A stretch of DNA of 64,000 bases, from positions 344,782,001-344,846,000 of the forward strand of contig OZ024740.1 of NCBI GenBank assembly GCA_964016885.1. The letters are read 5' to 3'. Of the stretch, positions 54,610-64,000 are shown piece after piece (position 1 is the stretch's first letter; each line of letters begins with the position of its first letter). The translations under genes were made by a program, and so were the position numbers. The DNA is from Eledone cirrhosa (lineage: Eukaryota). Below the pieces are notes generated by a model. The model was not told where the DNA came from and did not search any database. It was given only the letters and a program-made list of their open reading frames with translations.

Positions 54610-57600
54610 TCAGATATTCAGGACGTATCGGAGGGTTCTTGCCGTTCCAAGCAAGCATGCCTTTTGAAGCGTTCCAAAAAGCGTGAAGGGGCCGATTTTC
54701 TTTAACCATCCCTGGAAACCTTTGGAGATAGTCCCCAGTGCGCCTATGACAATCGGGATCACTTTGACTTCATGGCAGTTCCAAATCCTTTTCACCTCCC
54801 ACTTTAGGTCCTGGTATCGGTTAATTTTCTCCCTCTCCTTCTCTTGCACTCTCGTGTCGAACGGGCAGGCCACATCCACAATCAGGCACGATCTTTTTTC
54901 TTTGTCCACAACCACCAGGTCAGGTCTATTGTGTTCCAGTTTTTTGTCCGTCTGTATCCTAAAATCCCACAGCACCTTCACCTGACTGTTCTCCATCACC
55001 GCCTCTGGCCTATGCTCATACCATTTCTCAGAATGTGGTAGATTGTTTACTTTGCACAGGTGCCAGTGGATCACCCTGCCCATCACATCGTGTCTCCAGC
55101 CCTTATAGTGGGTCTGGGCTAGGTGTTTACACTCGGACACAATGTGAGCCAGTCTCCTCTCTCTCTCCACAGATCCTGCACAGTGGGCTAGCCTCCTCCT
55201 TGTAGATATGGTGCTTCAACCACTTCGTTTTGAGGGCCTGCTCCTGCGCAGCCATTAGCATTCCTTCTGTAGCCTTTTTGAGGTCTCCTCTTCTCAACCA
55301 GTTCCATGTCTGTGGATCTCTAAATTCAGTTTTCTCAAAGAAGGTACTATGAAGGGATTTTCCCTTAAGGCTGCTCTTCCTCCTTGATGTTATTTCCTCC
55401 TTGAGTATCCCCTGGCCTACTGTCCCCTCCTTCAGTACAGCTCTGAGCATTGGCTCCTTACTATAGGTCACGTATTTGTATAGGTTGTTTTTCTCCATCT
55501 GAACACAGTCCTCTATGCTGATAAGACCTCTTCCACCCTCAGATCTCCTTAGGTAGAGTCTATCGACATCACTCCTCTTGTGGAACATGTTGTAGATAGT
55601 CAATAGCTTCCTAGTCTTCCTATCCATTTCTTTTTGTTCAGCAACATTCCATCTCAGAATTCCCGCACTGTACCTAATAATAGACACAGCTCGGGAATTT
55701 ACTGCGCTTATGGCATTTCTGCTGTTCAGATGTGACTTCAATACGCTCCTTACTCTCCGAATGTATTCAGTTCTTAACAATTCCTTCATTTTTTTGTTCT
55801 TTATGCCATCAGCCTCCAGAACGCCCAAATACTTGTATCCTTCCTCAGAGTCAATTTCCTTTATCATCTCACCTGTTGGTATCTGGATCCCGTTACTTCT
55901 GCTCAACCTACCCCTCCTCATCACAATGACTCCACATTTACCAATACCAAACTGCATACATATATCACTGCTGAAAATACGGACAGTGTCAACAAGCACA
56001 TCCAACTCCTTCTCACTTTTCCCGAAGAGCTTAAGATCGTCCATGAAGAGGAAGTGATTGATGGTAAGCTCTCCCCTTCCCAACTTGTATCCTGCTCTCA
56101 CTTTTCGCAGCATAATGGTCAAGGGCATCAGGGCAAGGACAAACAACAGAGGGGACAGGCTATCTCCCTGGAAGATACCTCTCTATATCTTCACGCTTCC
56201 CAAGGATACTCCAGTTGATGTCAACTCTGTCTCCCAGGACCCCATACTCCTGCCCAGCAACTGTCTGATGTTATCTGCCACCCTGAAGATCTCCAGGCTT
56301 TTGGTGATCCAGGAATGAGGCACCATGTCAAATGCCTTTCTGTAGTCTATCCATCCCATGGCAAGATCAGTGTGTCTCCTCCTGCAATTCCCCATTACCA
56401 TCTTATCAATAAGCAACTGGTCCTTTGTACCACGTGACTTCTTTCGGCATCCTTTCTGTTCGTCCGGCAACAAGTTGTTTGTGTGGAGGTGATGGTAGAT
56501 TTCCTCAGACACAATGCTCGTCAACAGTTTCCACATTACGGGCAGACATGTGATAGGTCTATAGTTGGTAACATCATTACCCTTGATTCGGTCTTTCATT
56601 ATCAGAACTGTGGTACCTTTTGTCAACCACTCTGGCACCTCACCCGACACCAAGCAGTCATTGAACATGGCCGTCAGCTTCGGGTGGAGGGATGTTAAAT
56701 GTTTAATCCAATACCCCTGCACACCATCTGGGCCTGGTGATTTCCAGTTGGTTAGTTTTTTGGCTTGCCCCTTAAGAGTTTCAACTGTGATACTCAAATC
56801 AGTCTGTTGCTGTGCCTGCTCACCGATCTCCCTCTGTACTGTCTCAATCCACCCTGCCTGGGCATTGTGTCTAACATCCTGCTCCCATATTCCTCTCCAG
56901 AATGTTTTAGCTTGTTCCGCCCCAGGGATCAAGTCGGTGCCTCTTTCTTTCCCCTCAAGCTGTCCAAACAACATCTTCTGGTTGTTGTCGAACATGCGGT
57001 TCTGTTTATACTGACTGACTCTGTTCTCGTATCGCCTGATTTTGGCACTCTTTGCTATAATGCGTTGCTTCAATTCCTCTATGATAATATTTAGCTTTTT
57101 ACTCCTAGTTTTGTATTTTATTTCCAGTCTATTTTTAGTGCCTATGTTTTTTAGTGTCCCATTCAGTAGTGACTCAAGCTTTCCTATGTCATTTCTCATT
57201 TCCCCGATTTGCCCACTCAGTCGCTTCTTCCACCACGGCTCTGCTCTTTCTTGTCTGTTGTTTCCTCTCGCTTTTATACCAAGTAGTTTCCTCACCGTAT
57301 TTGCTGTTGCTTTGAGGATATTGTTGCACTGGTGAAGACTCCTCGCCTCAAGGTATGGGATGACTTTGTTTACCTTAGCTGTTGTTTCTTTTAACTTTTT
57401 CCTGTCTACAAATCTTAGGTTCATAGGTCTCCCACTATCATTGTTCAACTCATCTACCACTAAATTTAGGATGTCAACCGAATCTTGTCCTAGCCCGTCA
57501 GCATTCATCTCCTCAGTGGCCGTATCTCTGTTCCAGGTATTATTTATCTCAGTATTCAGATCATTGTCTGCTTCGGGTGGTTCCTCCGCTCTCAGGACCT

Positions 57601-58000
57601 CCTCACCTTCATTTCCCGCCGGCTCGCTTGTCTGGCATACTACACCCGCCATCTCCAAGCCATTCTCTCTGCTCAGTTCCTCCAGTTCCAGCTTGCTTAT
57701 CCACCCATTAGTTCTTATTACCCGAGCCTGCCCGGCCAATTTTTGTTCATCTAATTTAAATAAACCAATCTCGTTCCAGATGTTATGCATCCGTCTCCTG
57801 TAGCCCCTCTCCTTGGGGTTACTTTTCAGGTAGCATTGCATAACAGTTCTATTCAATTCTTTCGTCCAGTTGGTTCTGGCCCCTTTCCTTCTTCTTCTTC
57901 CTCCAACATCAGCAGTATTCCGTTGACAGTCAGGTTCCTGCTGCTGAGCCAGGGGGCACCTGTTGGGTGAGAGTCTGTCACATGACGTTCTAGTCTCCAT
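54610..58000 (-). pseudogene. R4-clade ORF (~1130 aa): N-terminal domain, RT, CCHC knuckle and restriction-like endonuclease, with one nonsense codon and one frameshift
   Basis: KSPGPDG, NYRPITCL, WIDYRKAFD, QGDSLSP, FMDDLK, CRIC..H..SEC, RHD and RPDL..IVDVACP. TAG at 56183-56185 and a frameshift near 55150. Confidence 0.93.
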
Positions 58001-58569
58001 TTCACCGTTATTCGAACTGTTTATGTTCGATATTTAAACACTCTTATCGAGGATTGGCGAATGTATGTTTACATAGCCATCTGTGGATCCGCCATCCCAC
58101 TTGGCCCTTGTGTGGCATTATCACCACGCTGTATACGGACACACATAAACAAACAAACACACGGGCAGAAAGGGCCCCAAAAATGAATAAGCATAAGTTT
58201 CATTGTAATGTAGTATTCGAATGTCTGACTTAGTTTTTGTTTTTTAAGTTTTACTTTTTCCCCCCTCTTCTCTGTCCGTCCGCCTGCTTCTCTCTTCATT
58301 CTTATTTTCTTTACGTTTTTGGGGTTTCTTTTTTTGTTTTTGTTTTTCTCTGTTTTTCTCGTTTTTTACTGTTGTTGCTGTGCTGCTTTTGTTGTTTGTT
58401 TTTTCTTTTTTCTTTTGAGTCTATCTATATATTTTGATGCCTTCCTCTTTGTTAGTAGTAGGAATTCTATAATGTGGAAGTGGTAGCCAGCAGAGACTGG
58501 CGGCGTTGGCGATACTGAGACAGTGGTGGTGGTGATGTCGATACCGAGGCAGTGGTGGCGGTGATGCGA

Positions 58570-59212
58570 CCGTATTACTGTAGTGATGGTGCTGTAGCGG
58601 TGGCAGCAGCAGTGAAGGAGTCAGGGGGTGGTGGCGGCGGTGATGGGATAGTGGTGCTAATGATGGCCGTAGTGAGCGGTGGCGGTGAAGGTGAAAATGC
58701 TGTTGTGTTTAGTGTACACAGATGATGGGGTGAGTGGTGTATCTAGTTTCTGGTGTTGGTGAGTTTCGCTGTCCTATATAGTGTAGCCAGAGGAGAGGAG
58801 GGGGGGGGTTCTTCTTCTTCCATTTATAGCCATTTTATTTTTTTTTGGATATACAGTGTACAATACAAAGTTGAATATTTGAATATTTGAGCCGTATTAC
58901 TGTAGTGATGGTGCTGTAGCGGTGGCAGCAGCAGTGAAGGAGTCAAGGGGTGGTGGCGGCGGTGATGGGATAGTGGTGGTAATGATGGCCGTAGTGAGCG
59001 GTGGCGGTGAAGGTGAAAATGCTGTTGTGTTTAGTGTACACAGATGATGGGGTGGGTGGTGTATCTAGTTTCTGGTGTTGGTGAGTTTAGCTGTCCTATA
59101 TAGTGTAGCCAGAGGAGAGGAGGGGGGGGGGGTTCTTCTTCTTCCATTTATAGCCATTTTTTTTTGGATATACAGTGTACAATACAAAGTTGAATATTTG
59201 AATATTTGAGCC
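58570..59212. repeat. 322-bp tandem duplication in the leader of the R4-type element
   Basis: Units 58570-58891 and 58892-59212 are nearly identical. Confidence 0.92.
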
Positions 59213-59399
59213 TTATAACAATATATTTTGGGTCCGAATTTTTTGGGGCTCAAGCCGGGTGCTTTACGTAGCATTTGTACTAAGAGTTGTTATTTCACAA
59301 ATGATTTAAATATGTTAAAAATTCAAAACTTACGGGAGCGATTTCATGACCTCCGTCACCTCGTGCGTCTTCTTCCCTTATTCCGTGCGTCTTCTTCCC

Positions 59400-59476
<77 letters not shown>

Positions 59477-60132
59477 TTTGTCTTATACTGAACTTTCCAG
59501 AAAATAAGTTGAAAGGAGAAGTAAATTATCTTTACACAATGTTTTTGAATATATTTCTGTGAATAGATAACGATATCCCGCAGCTAAGTTTCGGCTTCAA
59601 CATTGCAAAAGGATTTATTTTTTTCAATAAATTTCCATAGCTTCTGGGAGAATGAAATTTTTAAAAACAGAAGACATATACGCACAAAACTCTGTGTCAT
59701 TTCTCCGTGTGATTGTTTGTAAGTGTTGATATTAGTATGTGTTTTTCTGTGTATTTGTGTGCGTGTTCGTGCATGTATGTAATTCTCGGAGTAACAATCC
59801 TATAACAAGAGATACAACAATGATACGATAAGTCACAGCACACGTGTAGTTACCTATGCTTTCATTTCAAACGCACACAGATAGGCACTCATAGACACAC
59901 GCATATTTGTATATATATATATATAATGTGTATATGGAAATATATATATATATATATACTGTATATATGTAATATATGGAAATATATATATATGTATATA
60001 TATGTATATATGTATATATATATATATGTATATATATGTATGTATATATATATATATATATATATGTATATTTGTATATATATATATGTATTTATATATA
60101 TATTTATATATATATATATACATATATATATG

Positions 60133-60177
<45 letters not shown>

Positions 60178-60222
60178 ATATGTATATATATATATATGTT
60201 TGTATATGTATATATATGTACA

Positions 60223-60417
<195 letters not shown>

Positions 60418-60419
60418 AG

Positions 60420-61378
60420 GAGGTTATAGTTCACTTGAAGCATTGTGTAATGAGGTATAAACGTTTGTATATGTATAATAAAGCCAAAATAATGCAGGTA
60501 TGGACATAGAGTTAAGATTACGTGGATAAAGAGTAGTCTCCCTTTACAAGTTTTTTTTTGTTTTTAGTTTTTTTTTTTTTTTTTATATACATGCCTGTTT
60601 AAGTGTGTGGGAGAATGCATGAAGGCGTAAGTGTGTGTGAGTGTGAGAAGATATGTCTATTCGTAAATGTGGGGGATAGGTGTTATCTCGTGTTAGAACT
60701 GGTTTTGTGTGTGTATGTGTGAGAGAGAATAAGTGGAGATGTAAGCGTGTGTGTGTGTGTGTGTGTGTTTGCGTGGGTGTGTGTGTGGGGGGGATATGGG
60801 GCTAGAAGCTCTATCAAGTTATAAATTGGGTGTTGAGTTCTAGTCTTTTATTGATTGGTGGTTGTGTTTTGTCTATAATTAGTGCTTCCTTAATTCTAAG
60901 ATTGCTGAGGTTTCTTTCCTTGGTTTCTATCCTAACTGTTATGGTTTTGTCGGTGTTTTTGCATTTAGCTAGGTGTTTCTTAAATGAGGAAGCGTTAGCA
61001 TTGAGGTTTTTCTTTTATTCTTATGTGGAGTGGTCTGGTGGTGCTACCTACGTAGAAGTTGTTGCATTTGTCACAATCTAGTCTGTATACGACGTAAGCC
61101 TGGTAGCATAGGTCTGTGTCGTTGATGGGGCAGTTGGCTAGTTGGCAGCAGTTGTCATGTCTGGTGGAGTGTCTTTTGGTTAGCTAACCGCGTAGAGAAG
61201 GACCTGAGTGGGCCAGTTGGATATCTAGTCCCTCTCGTCTGATAGCTCTGCGGATGGCTGTTGTTGTTTCTTGACTGAAGTGTGGGAGCTTCAGGAAGCA
61301 AGTGTTAGTGCCTCGAGTGTGGTGTCCTCTGTTCTTTCTGGCACGGTTTGTGGTGGATGTCGTGTATCCGTTCATACA
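60420..61378 (-). mobile_element. 5'-truncated PLE fragment (GIY-YIG and 3' UTR) related to 15763-17895
   Basis: FLKLPH..AIRRAIRREGLDIQLAHSGPSLR, VVYRLDCDKC..YVGSTTRPLHIRIKE and LRIKEALII. The 3' boundary is approximate. Confidence 0.85.
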
Positions 61379-62168
61379 GACCCACAGATACACACTCATA
61401 CACACACACAGACAGACACACACACAGACACGCAGACACACACACTCACACGCAGACACACACACACACACACACGTGTGTGTGTATATATATTTATATA
61501 TAAATACGTGCGAAAATATATTTAACACCAGTATGTAATTATATAGATAAATATGTACGAAGCAAATTATATTTATATGAGAAAACACACTATTCATTCT
61601 TTTTAAGGAATACTTACTCTAAAAAATATATTCCACATACAGCCCCACCACACACACACTAAGACGCACGTAAACTGAAAACACACAAACGTACGCAGGA
61701 AGTCTGAAACAAACAATTAAAACAAAGCACACCCAAATGCAAGAGATGTATATACATACATAAATCAGGAACCAATATAAAGATTAAAGAAAAGAAAATT
61801 CTTCAAGCAGCACCTTATCCTGTCACTACATGTGAATAAAAATCTCACCCTTTTTCGTTTACGGGTAAAAATCATCATGAAATAGGAAGTAGAAAAGAAT
61901 TATGAAGGAAATATCTATGAAAAATTCATCTGTTAGTGTATATGATTAATCTCCCTGCGATTCAAACAGAAAAATAGACCAGAACTTAGATAGCGGAAAT
62001 ACAATTAAGAAGCTTTTAGTCTTGCCGAAATTTCTAAAGGAATAATGATTAAATGGAATTAATTCAGTGTCGGTATATATATTACTTGAAGGAAATGAAC
62101 GTAGATAAAAGTTGAATGAAATTATTTATTGTTATATGAAATTAAGAGCAACCGGTCATACTATAATG

Positions 62169-62221
<53 letters not shown>

Positions 62222-62304
62222 TGTGTGTGTGTCAATGTCTATATATGTATGCATGTATGTATGAATGCATGTATATATGTATGTGGTTATATATATATAT
62301 ATAT

Positions 62305-62570
62305 ATATAATATAAAACGAAAATCTGTGATGCATCTGAACTCACACGATCATTGTGTGGATCTGTCTGATTCTGGATCCGCAGGTTCGACGGACACGTC
62401 TAATGATTTCGGAGCAAATTCTCTCGGAAACAATTGTAACACACAATAAATTGAGTTCAGATGCATCACTGATATTTAGTTTTATATTATATCATACTCT
62501 GGTCTGTTAGAACATAGAGTGGTCAACTGGCATACCGCCTATGGAAGCATCTTAGCTACCATCAGACACA
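62305..62570 (+). mobile_element. Family B fold-back element, diverged copy
   Basis: Inverted part ~62305-62410 and direct part 62427-62570 are homologous to 18159-18560. (TA)n flanks. Confidence 0.75.
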
Positions 62571-62606
62571 CACATATATATATATTTAATATATATATAT
62601 ATATTT

Positions 62607-62648
<42 letters not shown>

Positions 62649-62650
62649 TT

Positions 62651-62785
<135 letters not shown>

Positions 62786-64000
62786 AATATATATATATGT
62801 GTGAGTGTGTGTAATGTTCCCACTTTATACCAAATAATAAGCAAATATTAAAATAACAGAGTCACGCCATATATCTCATATAACATCAAGTTAAATTCGA
62901 AAAAATTACAACACGCACACAGAGAATTAATTTCCACCACAATAATACAAAAACAATACAATTATATATATTTATATTTTTTTACCAAATGTCTACTAAA
63001 ATGAAACTTACTCTCCTGTAATTCATAAATTTACTGTATAATATTCTGTATGTTATGGTTCCCATAATAAAATAATATATAAATGAATATTCTGCTACTT
63101 CAGTTTTATAATATTACGTTGTAAATATTTCTTGGCTTGCAAAGTGATTTTTAATTAAATATTCCATTTTTCATTTAATATTTTGAAAATTCGAATAACC
63201 CAATTACGATTTAGTTGTTTATATGTAGAATGTATATTAAATAATGCATTCTAATAATTTAATTAATTATTAATTCGTTCAGTATTGTCATTTATGTTAT
63301 ATTTGTAACATTTCATGCAAATATAACTATTCTATATATTGTTATGATTTCGAAACATTTGACACTTTTCGCTTGAAATTTTATGACAATTTTTAGTATA
63401 TTCGTGTCTACTTTCTAATATCATACCCAATTATTTCCTTTTAATATATTATAAATATTTATAATTCAGTATATATTGTATAGACTTTTTCACTCTAAGC
63501 AGTTATCTATTGCATTCTATTTTTTCTTCATTTCTTTCCGATGTAGATATAATGACTTTGTTAATAATTTTAACAGCGTCTTTTTTTAAACGGTCTTTAA
63601 AATTAGTATATCATGCAGCTATTGTATTTATGAGGATGCAATTTTAAGAACGATACTTTCGTAATCCAATTCATTTTTAGTCACTATTTCCTTCAAAGTT
63701 CAGTTTCTAAACAATATATGCATCCATTTAGAGTTTTCAATTTCACACGTTTTATTAGTAAATATCAAAAAGTCATAATCAAATTTATTTCAAATAACAA
63801 CACTGGAATAACAATGGAAAAGGACGGGATAGTTGCGGAGTCTAGGGACACAGAATAATGTGAGGTGGAAAGGAGGGTCATAGGTCGTTGCAGTGTGGGC
63901 AACAGCCAACGAACCACGCAGGGCCCCTTTCTCCTGCGGGCTGCTGACGTTCCAACTTGCGGAGGAACTCGGTAGTACGGAGTCCAAGTACACCTGAGGT

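Larger units (their letters stand above)
54535..59400 (-). mobile_element. Apparently full-length R4/Dong-type non-LTR retrotransposon inside a (TAA)n tract
   Basis: Single RT-RLE reading frame, ~75-nt 3' UTR running into (AAT)n, and (AAT)n also upstream at 59401-59476. Whether all of 58001-59400 belongs to the element is inferred. Confidence 0.8.

Noticed and set aside
58040-58180. HDV-like ribozyme in the R4 leader
   Set aside because: A P1-like pairing exists, but I could not place P3/L3, P1.1 or the catalytic J4/2 strand.

Overview
AT-rich eukaryotic non-genic DNA, probably an octopod cephalopod (inferred from the SINE type and dense (TA)n/(CA)n/(TAA)n tracts). Almost all listed short ORFs are microsatellite artefacts and no host gene is securely supported. 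The real content is retroelements: one apparently intact Naiad-type Penelope-like element (PLE; RT plus GIY-YIG, 6702-11867, minus strand) with pLTRs and a ~680-bp fold-back, three decayed PLEs, a near-intact R4/Dong-type RLE LINE in a (TAA)n tract, RTE, CR1 and Tx1-like fragments, and tRNA-derived SINEs. The most interesting signal is a set of about ten small non-coding element families inserted in (TA)n tracts. They carry hammerhead ribozyme (HHR) folds, occur as fold-backs or 1.3-1.5-unit tandems (retrozyme-like), and several share with the autonomous Naiad a covarying 3'-terminal hairpin (ACUC-stem-loop-2-nt bulge-GAGU). The fold-back arms repeatedly stop 2-5 nt short of that hairpin. All structures were folded by eye and boundaries inside microsatellites are approximate.
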